This document shows, one piece after another, positions 50,776-60,851 of a stretch of DNA of 64,000 nt (within the stretch, counting starts at the first letter, position 1; every line of letters begins with the position of its first letter). The position numbers and the translations under genes were made by a program. The notes under the pieces were generated by a model. The model was not told where the DNA came from. It was given only the letters and a program-made list of their open reading frames with translations, and made no database searches. Source of the stretch: Ginsengibacter sp. (GTDB lineage Bacteria; Bacteroidota; Bacteroidia; Chitinophagales; Chitinophagaceae); assembly GCA_040005125.1 (NCBI GenBank), contig JBDTZL010000016.1:3495-67494 (forward strand). Reading direction: 5' to 3'.

Positions 50776-51789
50776 TTAAATATTCTCTTTGCTATAATTT
50801 GAAAAAATATCAATTGCCTCATATAATTCAAGTCCAATACCTTGTGCAAGTTGTTTTAGTTCTGTCATACTGTGTGTTAAAAATATGGAAATCGCTTTTT
50901 TTATCGGGTCTGCTGACCACCAACCGCCGTATGCACCTGGCCAACCAACCGAGCCAATGGAGCCCGCACAAGGAATTGATCCGTATTTGTTTTCTTTTAA
51001 TACCACAGCCAGCCCCAGGCCAAAGCCATAATATTCTCTAAAGATTGATGTACCCATTAATTTTGAATGTTCTCTTTGAGAAGTGGTCAATTGATTGGCG
51101 CACATTAAGTCGATAGTTTCATATGTTAAAATCTGAATACCATTTGAACTTCCGTTTTCTACAAAAAGTTTTGCAAATTTTAAATAGTCCCCGATGGTTG
51201 ACCAAAGCCCCCCACTGCCTGACTCAAATTCTAAATTGCCGGGGCGTTCTTTGAAAGCCATTTTTGACGGAACTGTTTCAAGATTTACTAAATTACCTGA
51301 TTCGTCAAAACCAAAATTTGAGGCACATCTATTTCTTTTGTTATTTGGAACATCAAAAAAAGTATCGGTCATTGACAATGGATCGAATATTTTTTCTTTC
51401 ATTACTTTCCCCAGTGATTTTCCCCCGATAGTTGAAATGAGAATACCCAGTAAGTCAGTAGCTTTGCCGTAATTAAACAATTCACCGGGTTGACTTACTA
51501 ACGGCAAACTTGCCAATCCATCGATCCATTGTTCATTTGTAAGTTCTGAATCAATGTCGGCTCCTAAAACATTTCGGTAGTCATCTTTAAGTTTCCCAGT
51601 CTGAAAATCACTATAAGTAAAACCTGCTCTATGTGTTAGTAAGTCAAGTATGGTAATAAGCCGGTTTGCTTCTTCGTATTCCCCAAGCGGATTTTTTAAA
51701 ACTTTCATATTCCCGAATTGAGGAAACCATTTAGTTATCGGATCATGCAATCCTAATTTCTTCTCTTCGTATAACATCATACAACACAT
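50776..51789 (-). pseudogene. N-terminally truncated serine hydrolase (beta-lactamase-related)
   Basis: L.DPI.KW.P.F, LLTHRAG, PG..FNYG and W.GAYG are present, but the catalytic SxxK region is absent. Confidence 0.7.
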
Positions 51790-51934
51790 TTTTATCCGCC
51801 GTTACGACTTTTTGTAACTTACTTTCGTTTCTGCCGCAAATGATTATCTTGTTGTCTTTCGACAAGCTTGCAACAAGAGCCTCACCAATACCAGAGCCAC
51901 CAACTGTAATTAAAATTGTTTTGTATTTCAGCAT
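51785..51934 (-). pseudogene. N-terminal fragment of an SDR (DltE-like)
   Basis: KTILITVGGSGIG..L...LSK.NKIIICGRNE.KL, then runs abruptly into hydrolase sequence. Confidence 0.7.
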
Positions 51935-51996
51935 CCTTTTTTATTTTATGTCAACAATTTCTTCGTCCAACTTTTTTGCTCATACTTAAAGATTCA

Positions 51997-52497
51997 TCAT
52001 ATTGTATTATTGTTGTCATTATTTAAATTTTTCTCCATTACAACTACGTTCCTATCGCCAGGTTGAAGTCTTTCAAGTTCAGCCCATCCAGGTTTATTAT
52101 ATAATCTTTCTGCTGTGTCAGTGAACAAATACATTTTTTCAAGACCCAATTTTTTTGAATGCTCCTGTATGTATTTACCAATTAATGCCCCATATCCCTT
52201 TTGTTTTTGTTCAGGTATTGTGTAAACAATTGCCAGCCAATTTTTGTAAATATTAAATCCTGGCTCCTTGTCAAGAAGTCCAACGTGGTTATAAAGGCCT
52301 CCTGTCGAAACAGGTGAACCGTCAAGTGTCATTAAAGCCTGAAATTGTGAACGGTCAGCTGTAACTGATTTAAGTTTTTGAATTGTGTGATGCATTGGAA
52401 TTTTCAATTCATTTGAATACCATTCAGCAATGAGTTGAAATGTGTCATTGTCACCGGGTTGAAGTATGTGAAATCTTATATCTGTCATTGCTAACAT
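51997..52497 (-). CDS. GNAT family N-acetyltransferase
   Basis: WLA.VYT.PE...KGYG and MYLFT..AE.LY...GW motifs. Confidence 0.75.
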   Translation of the reverse strand: MLAMTDIRFHILQPGDNDTFQLIAEWYSNELKIPMHHTIQKLKSVTADRSQFQALMTLDGSPVSTGGLYNHVGLLDKEPGFNIYKNWLAIVYTIPEQKQKGYGALIGKYIQEHSKKLGLEKMYLFTDTAERLYNKPGWAELERLQPGDRNVVVMEKNLNNDNNNTI

Positions 52498-52670
52498 ATA
52501 TTTTTACGAGTCTATCCCGGATAAAATTACTGTTCTTTGAAAGCACCCACAGTGCATATTGTTCGGGCATCTTTCTAAATAATATATTTTTAGTAAACAA
52601 TTTTTTTAAGATGTTGGTTGCTTTACTTCATCAGAAAATTGTTGATTCGTTGCGTTGTTGAATAGATTTT

Positions 52671-53906
52671 TTAGAAATAACTCAGCCACCATTTCGTGGA
52701 TTGATTAGTCCTCTTATAGTTATCGAACCATTTGCAAAAGGGGTATAAAAAAAATATGAGCCCAATCCATAATATATAAACTGCTATCAAATTAAAACCA
52801 TAGCCTTGTAATTCCGGCGCAGCATTTACCCTTGTTGATAAAATCATATCCGGCCATTGGTAGCCTGATATAATTGCGCCAATGATAGCAAGTAAGTGTA
52901 TCAAAAAAATATGCGCCAGGTAATAAAACATCGGTACTCTTCCGTAGATGGTAATTTTTGAAGTTAACCTGTTCAAAGATTTTTCTGAAAGAGAAAGAAA
53001 AATAAGTGCGGGTCCCAATGTCATCAAAATATAAAGAAATGATGGCGGGTATTTGGTAACATTTAAAAATGATAATAAAGTGAACAATCCATTTTTTTGC
53101 ATTGACCAATGTGCCGCATCTCCATAAAAATTACCAGCCCGTGAAATGATAAAAAGGATTATGGCGCCATATCCTGATAATAACAATATTCTTTGCCGCT
53201 TTTTTGGATTATAAAATGGCTTGTATAAAGTTCCAAAAACATATCCTACCGCCATTACACCAATCCATGGCAACACTGGATAAAGTATAGAAAAAGAAAA
53301 GTTTCTAAAAGTAAAATTCCCTTTTTCATGCAGCAATGCCCACAAAAAGGATGCAATGCCATTACCCTGTACATGTATATTGTCTAAAAGATTGTGGGCG
53401 GCTATTAATAAAATACCTGTAATAAAAATCAGGTACTTATTCATATAAATGATGGCTGATAAAAAAATCATGCTAATGCCGATTGCCCAAATTACCTGTA
53501 AATTAAAAAATGGATAAGATGGATTGAATGTCCATTCAAGCGTTACAATAAATAGTTCCGCAATCACCAGCCATAGCCCTCTTGTAAAAAGAAAGAGAGA
53601 TAGTTGTTTCTTGTTTTTCTTAGCGCCATACAAATAAGCTGAAGTGCCGGCGAGAAATACGAAAACAGGTGCACAGAAATGCGTGATCCATCTTGTAAAA
53701 AATATTGCTGTGGTGGTTTGAGAAAGATCTGTGGGGCTATATACAAAAGCACTGCTATGAAAATAATCCCGTACATGATCGAGTGCCATAATGATCATTA
53801 CAATTCCTCTTAAAAGATCAATTGATTCAATGCGTTTGGTCTTTATTGTTTTTTGTATTGGGTTTTCAACATCTGGCCCGGCGATTGCGATAATTGGCAT
53901 GTTCAA
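52671..53906 (-). CDS. DUF1624 / HGSNAT-like membrane protein
   Basis: RIESIDLLRG..MIIMALDH.RD, TRWITHFCAP.F and TKYPPS motifs. Confidence 0.85.
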   Translation of the reverse strand: MNMPIIAIAGPDVENPIQKTIKTKRIESIDLLRGIVMIIMALDHVRDYFHSSAFVYSPTDLSQTTTAIFFTRWITHFCAPVFVFLAGTSAYLYGAKKNKKQLSLFLFTRGLWLVIAELFIVTLEWTFNPSYPFFNLQVIWAIGISMIFLSAIIYMNKYLIFITGILLIAAHNLLDNIHVQGNGIASFLWALLHEKGNFTFRNFSFSILYPVLPWIGVMAVGYVFGTLYKPFYNPKKRQRILLLSGYGAIILFIISRAGNFYGDAAHWSMQKNGLFTLLSFLNVTKYPPSFLYILMTLGPALIFLSLSEKSLNRLTSKITIYGRVPMFYYLAHIFLIHLLAIIGAIISGYQWPDMILSTRVNAAPELQGYGFNLIAVYILWIGLIFFLYPFCKWFDNYKRTNQSTKWWLSYF

Positions 53907-53930
53907 ATTGTGATGTATGTTAATTTTTTA

Positions 53931-54674
53931 TTACGAATTATTTCTTTTTCCGGAAAAGGGAATAACCATGGGCACATTTTTCTGATATGCTTCATACTCT
54001 TTTCCAAAACTTTTGCGGAGATCTTTTTCTTCCAGAAACTTTACGGCAATTAAAATATAGACGGTGGTAGTAAACGAAAATAATAAATGCCCGAGCGTCA
54101 TTAAAGGCGCTGCCCAAAATGCAATAAGAAGGCCCAGCATAATAGGGTGCCTTACAACGGTGTAAAAGAAATTCGTTTTAAATGTTGTACCCCCCGGATG
54201 ATGGCCCGCAAAATTTTCAAAAGCCTGCTTCAATCCAAACAGCTCAAAGTGATTGATCATAAATGTAGAAAGAAATACTATTAGCCAACCCAAGAAATAG
54301 ACCCCGGTCAGGATCATGGTAACATGTGTATTTTCAATTTTCCATATTATCATTGGCATGGGTTGCCATTGCCAGCACAATAAAAATAAGGCTAAGCTGG
54401 TTAGCAGTATATAAGTGCTGCGTTCTGCAGCAGTGCCAATAATGCGTATCCACCATGCTTTAAATGCCGGCCTCGCCATTACACTATGTTGTAAAGCAAA
54501 TAGGATTATCAAAACTAAATTGATGATTAAGGCCCGGCTAAAACCTGCCTCTGATCCGGTGTCTATTGATTTCGGAACTACAAAATTTCCTACAAATCCT
54601 ATTACATACAACAGCGCAACAACACCTGCCAGGTAAGCCAGTAAACTATACACGAGGATGATTGATTTTTTCAT
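53931..54674 (-). CDS. mddA: Methanethiol S-methyltransferase (ICMT-like)
   Basis: FALQHSVMARPAFK.WW, ERSTY, INHFELFGL, Y..VRHPI and EE.DL motifs. Confidence 0.75.
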   Translation of the reverse strand: MKKSIILVYSLLAYLAGVVALLYVIGFVGNFVVPKSIDTGSEAGFSRALIINLVLIILFALQHSVMARPAFKAWWIRIIGTAAERSTYILLTSLALFLLCWQWQPMPMIIWKIENTHVTMILTGVYFLGWLIVFLSTFMINHFELFGLKQAFENFAGHHPGGTTFKTNFFYTVVRHPIMLGLLIAFWAAPLMTLGHLLFSFTTTVYILIAVKFLEEKDLRKSFGKEYEAYQKNVPMVIPFSGKRNNS

Positions 54675-54785
54675 TTCGTTATTTTTTTGATGATTGATTC
54701 ATGTAGGAGTATTTCTTCTTTAAATTCTTTAAAATAAATTGTTTGCGGTATTATTAGTAGTGATTTCATTATATTTCAACTCCAA

Positions 54786-55490
54786 TCAATTGCATTCATA
54801 TTGGTAAGTCAACGCAAGTAATATGGTTCCATTACCAATGCCAGATAAACCTGTTATTTTTCCATCGGTATCAAAAGTGTAATTAATTGTAGTAGTACTG
54901 GCGGTAGTAGCAAATGACTTAAGTATATTTTTTGTTTTGATAGTTTCAAATCCCTGGGCGAGGTTTTGGAGGTTCCAAAAATCCCCGGTTTGCGCCGGTT
55001 TGTCCAGTAAATAGTCAAACGTTGTAATACCAGAACCATTCTGGGATGAAACCATATTTCCACCACTCCAGTTATATGTTGTTATATCAACACCCCCCGA
55101 ACTTGTGATGGTAGATTTACTCAGTTCATTGCCATCGTATTCAAATGCAGTATTGGATGGATTTGTTCCGGCTGCATTCAGTACAACTACATTGGCTGCC
55201 AGGCCATTTGCATTTAGGGTAACGGTAGTGGTGGTATTGATTGTAGTGCCTGTTGAATTGGTGATAGTTATTATATTACCGTTATAGGTAAACTTATCTG
55301 TTGTTAAAGCGTTTTTTGAACTCAGTTTTCCCTCAGCATTGTAGGTGAAGGAGGTTGCGCTACTTCCAGCAATTGCCGCAACAATTTTGCAGTCAGGTGC
55401 TGGGGCAGGTTCATTTTTTTTACAGCTTACAAAACCGGCAATAATAAAAAAGCTAACCAGTGCCGTCAAAAATAATTCTCTCTTTTTCAT
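54786..55490 (-). CDS. Lipoprotein with YD-like beta repeats (DUF4595-like)
   Basis: Lipobox FVSC-KK; repeated FTYN..G, FEYDG, Y.W..GN and YTFD.DG motifs. Confidence 0.65.
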   Translation of the reverse strand: MKKRELFLTALVSFFIIAGFVSCKKNEPAPAPDCKIVAAIAGSSATSFTYNAEGKLSSKNALTTDKFTYNGNIITITNSTGTTINTTTTVTLNANGLAANVVVLNAAGTNPSNTAFEYDGNELSKSTITSSGGVDITTYNWSGGNMVSSQNGSGITTFDYLLDKPAQTGDFWNLQNLAQGFETIKTKNILKSFATTASTTTINYTFDTDGKITGLSGIGNGTILLALTYQYECN

Positions 55491-55602
55491 AATTTGTTTA
55501 AATTTTTATTGTTTTATTTGGGTATAATGCGCAGGCGTATAACCAACACTATTTACAGTACTTTTTTTCCCTGTGCATTCACATAATTCAGGTTAACGGA
55601 CA

Positions 55603-56106
55603 TTATTTTGTTACAGTGCTTTTTAGCCGTTTATAAATCTGGTCACAGCCATTCTTATTACATTTTGTAATATTTACTAACCTGCTTGCAACAGGTTGTA
55701 TTACTTTATAAACTGAAAGGGCTTCTCCATTCACAACAACCACAATATGATTCATCATGTTCCGGGTAGTAAATTCCTTTAACTTTTCAGATGCATTTTC
55801 CGTAAGGTTAACGAATAGTAAATTTTCCTGATTTTTTTGGAATTGTATAATGGGCGCATCTGTTAATTCAAAAGGAGCGAAATCATCCGTGAATATGATG
55901 ATGGGATAATATTCTTCCGGGCCTTCTGCTACAAAAAGTTGATTAAATTGTATTGCCTCCTTATTCAATTTTGACGCAACGCTTTTGTTTTTCGACTGAT
56001 CTACCAGGTAAATGCCGTCACGCAGCTTCGCCTGGGGAAAAACAGTTGCATGAATAGTAATGAATACAAATAAATAAATGGCTTTCCTCATATAAATGCT
56101 TTTCAT
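55603..56106 (-). CDS. Secreted protein with a SecDF P1-head-like subdomain
   Basis: Signal peptide; L...A.EKL.EFT......I.VVVNG motif. Confidence 0.55.
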   Translation of the reverse strand: MKSIYMRKAIYLFVFITIHATVFPQAKLRDGIYLVDQSKNKSVASKLNKEAIQFNQLFVAEGPEEYYPIIIFTDDFAPFELTDAPIIQFQKNQENLLFVNLTENASEKLKEFTTRNMMNHIVVVVNGEALSVYKVIQPVASRLVNITKCNKNGCDQIYKRLKSTVTK

Positions 56107-56227
56107 CGTTATAGTTGCTATTTCCAGTATGGTTTTTTAATAAACCTTTTTAATGTTCCGGAGTTTACATACACTATCTGTATCCAGGGAAATGTATGAG
56201 GATATTGTAGCTTGCAACAACTCCTTT

Positions 56228-59041
56228 TTATTTGTTCGTGTTTATATTAAAAGAAACCCTTGCAAATACAAATCTTCCATTGGATCCCATTTGCTCCACC
56301 CTCCGGCTGTAAATAAAACGGCCCAATGATACGTTACTACTATGTTTTTGCTTATCCTGGTATACATCAAAAATATTATTGGACCCTACGGTTAATGTGA
56401 AATATTTAGCCAGGTCATAACTTAGTGAGAGATCCGTAACTGTTTTAGGGGTGAACACCTGGTCCAGGGTTTCTTTCTGTCCGGTAAATGCATTAAGGGG
56501 GAACGCATCTGGTTTTGCAGGATCTATACTAGGGTCCAGATAAGTTACCTTTCCAAAATGGGCAAACCGTAGCATCGCCCCCAGTTTTTTATGGTTGTAA
56601 TTGATGGTGAAATCAACCTTGGAGTTGGGATTGGTAACTTCAAACCTGCTCTGGTCTTCCCGGTTAAAATAATTACTTATCTGCCCCGAGTTAATTAAGA
56701 TTTCAGAAGCTTTGATAATTGGTTTTCCGTTTGCACCTTTTTTCACTTCATTTTTGATGAATGTGCCAGCCAGGGTAAACCTGAATCTGTTTACTTTATT
56801 GGAACTTGTATGATAGCTTGCTACTGCTTCAAGGCCTTTCGCCCTTGTATCTATCGCGTTGGTAAAAAAGTTAGCGGTGGTAGCTCCGTTGTCTTTGAGT
56901 AATCTCGTTAAGGTAGTATCCGTTCCCCCGGTAAAGTTATTAGTCAATACTATCCTGTTTTTAATATTGATCAAATAACCGTCTACTGTTATTTCCAATC
57001 CCCGCACCGGTGTAGTGGTAAATCCTATGGAATAATTTTGCGATGTTTCTTCTTTGAGTTTAGGGATGCCTAGTATCTCAGCGGGCTTACTGTCATTGGT
57101 AAATGTTCCGCTTTCGGTAGGCACCAGGCCCGATGTAGTTGAGACAAATATGGTATTTGTTTTTGCATAAAACTTTTGTTGCATCGAAGGTGCCCTGAAA
57201 CCACTGGAAGAAGCACCTCTTATTGTGAAGTTATCACTCACATTATAGCGCGTTGCTATTTTATAGTTCAGGGTACTTCCAAAATCTGAATAGTTTTCAA
57301 AACGCAGCGCGCCTTCTACCAGCCATTTTTTTGAGAAGTCCTGTTCCAGGTCAGCATAAATACCTACATTATTCCGCGAATGTGTTTTGGCATAAGAAGG
57401 GATAAATCCCGCAAAGACCTGGGCGCCTGCAACAGCACCTGAAGTGGTATTGTAATTTTTATAAGATGATTCTTCACCGGCATGCTGTGCATATTGATCT
57501 ATCCTGAATTCTGCTCCATAAGCAACATTCAAACCCGCCAAAACATTGAAGTTGCGGGTAAGATCGGCATTAACGGTATTTTGTAAAAATTGTAGCCCCC
57601 CTGCATTAAATTTTGTTTGCGGAGTAGCAGTTACAGCAAATTGAGTATAGTTAACTGAATTATCTACTGTAAAATCAAAATTGTTTATGCCTAATGTATT
57701 GGATAAAGATGCGTTCCATTTTCCCAGTTTGCCATCTACGCCCAGTGAAAAGGAATAATCTTTTATATCGGTTTGTATCAAAGGCAAAAATCCATTGGGG
57801 TAAAGGGCCAAAACCTGGTGAGCGTAAGTTGTTGCTGCGGTGCTTATAGCGGAGGGATAACGATACACTCCTGCAGCTTCCCCGTTTTTCTGGCTATATC
57901 CGCCAAACAACTTTAACTTCCATCTATCGCTTAGGTTGTAGCCTGCATTCAACATAAATCCACCACTTGAAATTCTTGAATTGCCAACACGCATGTCAAA
58001 AGTATTCCTCGTTAATCCCTTTGCATTTAAAATAGAATCATCCCTGTTCACACCATTTACATTTGCATATACCGGGCCGGTGTAAGTGCCGGTCCTGTTG
58101 GATTGGTTTCTTAATGAATATTCACCTGTAAGGTTGATGAATCCTTTCTTGTTCAGGTCAATGCCATAATTTAAGCCCGCCATGAAGGTTCCTCCATCAT
58201 GTACGCTTACGTCTTCGGGAGCAGCAATATTTAATTTTCCGAAAGCGTAGTTCTTTTGATAACTGGTAATATTTTCTCCGTACGAAACATTGCCACTTAG
58301 TGCATTGGTACTTTTTTTCAGTACAAGGTTAATTACCCCGGCTATTGCATCCGATCCGTATTGTGCTGCAGCGCCATCCCTTAAAACCTCAACTCTTTCA
58401 ATAGAAGATAGAGGAATACTATTAAGATCGGTTCCTACCTGTCCACGGTTAACAGTTCCGTTTACATTTACCAGTGCCGACTGATGACGTCTTTTACCAT
58501 TTACCAGCACTAATACCTGGTCGCTTCCCAGCCCTCTTAGTTGTGCAGGATCTATATGATCTGTTCCATCAGAAACCGTTTGCCTGCTCGATTGGAATGA
58601 TGGTGCGGTGTAAGTAAGCAACTGGTTAAGGTCAACCTGGCCCACTTCGTTTGCAATTGTTGCTACAGGAATTATATCCACAGGTACCGGAGTTTGCACT
58701 TTTGTCCTGGATAAATTCCGGGAGCCGATCACTACAATCTCTTGTTGGTTTTCAACCGGCTGCAGGCCAATGGAATAATTTGTTTCAGTGCCTTCAATAT
58801 TAATGGTACGGCTTTCATAACCCACATAGGTTGCAGTGATTGCTTTTGCATTATCAGGAATGCGGAGCGTAAATTTTCCATCGTTGCCACTGGTTGTTCC
58901 TGTATTAGCATTCTTCATTACAATGCTTGCCCGCGTCAGCGGGCGGTTGTTGGAAGCGTCAAAGACTTTTCCGGTAATTGTTTTTTGGCACATTGTTATC
59001 AGAGGCACTATGAGGCCCAGAAATAAGCTTATTTTTTTCAT
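56228..59041 (-). CDS. TonB-dependent receptor
   Basis: N-terminal CarboxypepD-like domain; plug motifs LRGLG.DQ.LVLVNGKR and EVLRDGAAAQYGSDAIAGVINL; GFRAPS. Confidence 0.92.
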   Translation of the reverse strand: MKKISLFLGLIVPLITMCQKTITGKVFDASNNRPLTRASIVMKNANTGTTSGNDGKFTLRIPDNAKAITATYVGYESRTINIEGTETNYSIGLQPVENQQEIVVIGSRNLSRTKVQTPVPVDIIPVATIANEVGQVDLNQLLTYTAPSFQSSRQTVSDGTDHIDPAQLRGLGSDQVLVLVNGKRRHQSALVNVNGTVNRGQVGTDLNSIPLSSIERVEVLRDGAAAQYGSDAIAGVINLVLKKSTNALSGNVSYGENITSYQKNYAFGKLNIAAPEDVSVHDGGTFMAGLNYGIDLNKKGFINLTGEYSLRNQSNRTGTYTGPVYANVNGVNRDDSILNAKGLTRNTFDMRVGNSRISSGGFMLNAGYNLSDRWKLKLFGGYSQKNGEAAGVYRYPSAISTAATTYAHQVLALYPNGFLPLIQTDIKDYSFSLGVDGKLGKWNASLSNTLGINNFDFTVDNSVNYTQFAVTATPQTKFNAGGLQFLQNTVNADLTRNFNVLAGLNVAYGAEFRIDQYAQHAGEESSYKNYNTTSGAVAGAQVFAGFIPSYAKTHSRNNVGIYADLEQDFSKKWLVEGALRFENYSDFGSTLNYKIATRYNVSDNFTIRGASSSGFRAPSMQQKFYAKTNTIFVSTTSGLVPTESGTFTNDSKPAEILGIPKLKEETSQNYSIGFTTTPVRGLEITVDGYLINIKNRIVLTNNFTGGTDTTLTRLLKDNGATTANFFTNAIDTRAKGLEAVASYHTSSNKVNRFRFTLAGTFIKNEVKKGANGKPIIKASEILINSGQISNYFNREDQSRFEVTNPNSKVDFTINYNHKKLGAMLRFAHFGKVTYLDPSIDPAKPDAFPLNAFTGQKETLDQVFTPKTVTDLSLSYDLAKYFTLTVGSNNIFDVYQDKQKHSSNVSLGRFIYSRRVEQMGSNGRFVFARVSFNINTNK

Positions 59042-59192
59042 CTTGTACTTTATTTGTTTTATATTTTTATTACGTTGTGAAGATTTGAAATATTTGATTT
59101 ATAAAATTTGTATGCTTTTTTAAAAAACATATTTAAGCAGCATGGAAGATGCGCATCCGTTCATTTAATGCACATAAGTGTTTGGATTTTTT

Positions 59193-59553
59193 TTATCTGG
59201 TAAGAATCATTTGTTTTGTGTCTGTTTTTCTGCCATCAATAAATAATGTATAGAAATAATTGCCTGCTGCTAACTCACCTGCTGAAATACTTGTTTTGCC
59301 AGTGCCCCTGCTGTTTAATGCCGTTCACATGTATTTTTTGTAACGGGCTTGTTACACCAATACCAATTTTTGCATCTGATAAAATACGTATTTGTTCAGC
59401 ATTATTGGTTCTGAAAACCAATGCCTGGTTATCTTTTGTTCCTATAAAATTCGTTGTAGAACAGGTGGCGGTATTGCTTGTGAGGTTCCAGCTTTGCGCG
59501 TGTGCATGTTGCATAAAAATAATAAGGCTAAAAAGAATAGATATTTTTTTCAT
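59193..59553 (-). pseudogene. Internally deleted T9SS-secreted protein (tail-fibre-like N-terminus joined out of frame to a T9SS CTD)
   Basis: Signal peptide plus WNL..N......FIGT.DNQ.LVFRTNN...GIG..SP; another frame reads ISAGELAAGNYFYTLFIDGRKTDTKQMILTR*. Confidence 0.65.
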
Positions 59554-59587
59554 GATTATTTTTTTTCATAATTTTTAAATTTTGGAA

Positions 59588-59688
59588 TGCAAAAATCAGT
59601 TGATTTTTTACCTGAAACAATCCCATAGTTATATGATCTTTTGTATTAAACCAGATACTGCGTGGATGTTGCTACCATATATATGTGG
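59588..59688. promoter_or_regulatory. Paired-palindrome promoter module, copy 1
   Basis: TGCAAAA at 59588; boxes TCCCATAGTTATATGA (59621) and TACCATATATATGTGG (59673). Confidence 0.5.
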
Positions 59689-60045
59689 TTGGATGGCTAG
59701 TTTAGCTGACCTCTGAAATACACCAGCTGAAAATTATTTTTCAGCTTTATTTCCCATATGAGTGTGTGAAAGGTGCAATGATTAAAATCCTTCGCATAAA
59801 GAGGGTCGTAACTTTTCATTTTAAATTTCAATTGAATAATGGTTACAAAGTTGCAATTGCTTTGATGGGTTGTTGTAAGAGGTATTCCCCGATTAATAAA
59901 GAAGATTCGCTATTTTATATATTAGTCACAGATGCTTTTGCCGGGCTTTAAGTATTATTAAATCCTCATGGCCGTGATGATATCTTCGGCCATAACGATT
60001 AATCTTTTCTTAAGCTGCCTGGTAGCACTTAGAACTGCAACATCT

Positions 60046-60335
60046 TTAATTAAGCTGTTTTGGCTCATCATAAATAAAGTCATCCATTACTACTAAATCT
60101 TTGGTGCCGCCATCAGTAATGTCTTTTACACCAGTGGCCAAAAGCCCATTTCCCGCGGTGATTTTTACCATGGTAACTTTTTCATCCGGAAAGCTTACTC
60201 ATACAAAAGAAAAACCTTGTGATGCGGGTATTGCGTTGTATACACCCAGGCTTTTTACGCCACTAAAATATTCCACCGTAGTAAAGGCGGGCATCATCCA
60301 CATCACAAAAAATTACGGCGAACTCTTTTACTCCT
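60046..60335 (-). pseudogene. C-terminal remnant of a conserved secreted hypothetical protein
   Basis: VKEFAVIFCDVDDA, then a frameshift, then TTVEYF..KSLG....GFSFV*VSFPDEKVT..KITAGNG.L..GVKDITDGGTKDLVVMDDFIYDEP with an internal TGA. Confidence 0.55.
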
Positions 60336-60492
60336 GCAAAATTCGCGGGATATTAGCTGTGCAGCAATCCCATATCATGTGGATTTTTGATTTCATGTAT
60401 TTTTAAATATGCTATGATTCTCATAAATGTGGGGCTTTTGCAAGGTTGCTTTGTGTTGTATTTTATTCAGTCTAAATTTGAATAAGTAAAAC
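60335..60492. promoter_or_regulatory. Paired-palindrome promoter module, copy 2
   Basis: Diverged direct copy of 62776-62933; boxes at 60368 and 60419; TAAATTTG on the + strand. Confidence 0.6.
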
Positions 60493-60851
60493 CACTACGG
60501 CTTAAAAACCGCTTGTTCAACCAGCAACTCTTCTATTTGTGTGAAGATATCTTTTAAATAAAAAGGCCACCCTTTAGGATCTACCGCCGTGCGTTATTTA
60601 CTCCCGGCCATCATGATTTTTTGTTAAGCAATTACAGTCTCGTTTATGCTATCATCATGTCGTATTATTCTACACGCAATGTTTTCCGGTATCACTCTAT
60701 ACGTAACCGCCACAACTTCAATAAAGTGATTGCTAATTTTTTAATTGCGTTTTACTAATCCGGTGGGTGTGACGGTTGTTTATTACTGCTATGGCTTTGT
60801 ATGTTGCGTTACAATTATCGGTTTGATATAGTTTTCCAGCTTTCCGTCATG

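Noticed and set aside
59045-59190. Riboswitch or Cys-rich leader peptide upstream of the TonB receptor
   Set aside because: No cobalamin, TPP or SAM consensus is visible, and the frame MCIK*TDAHLPCC is interrupted by a stop
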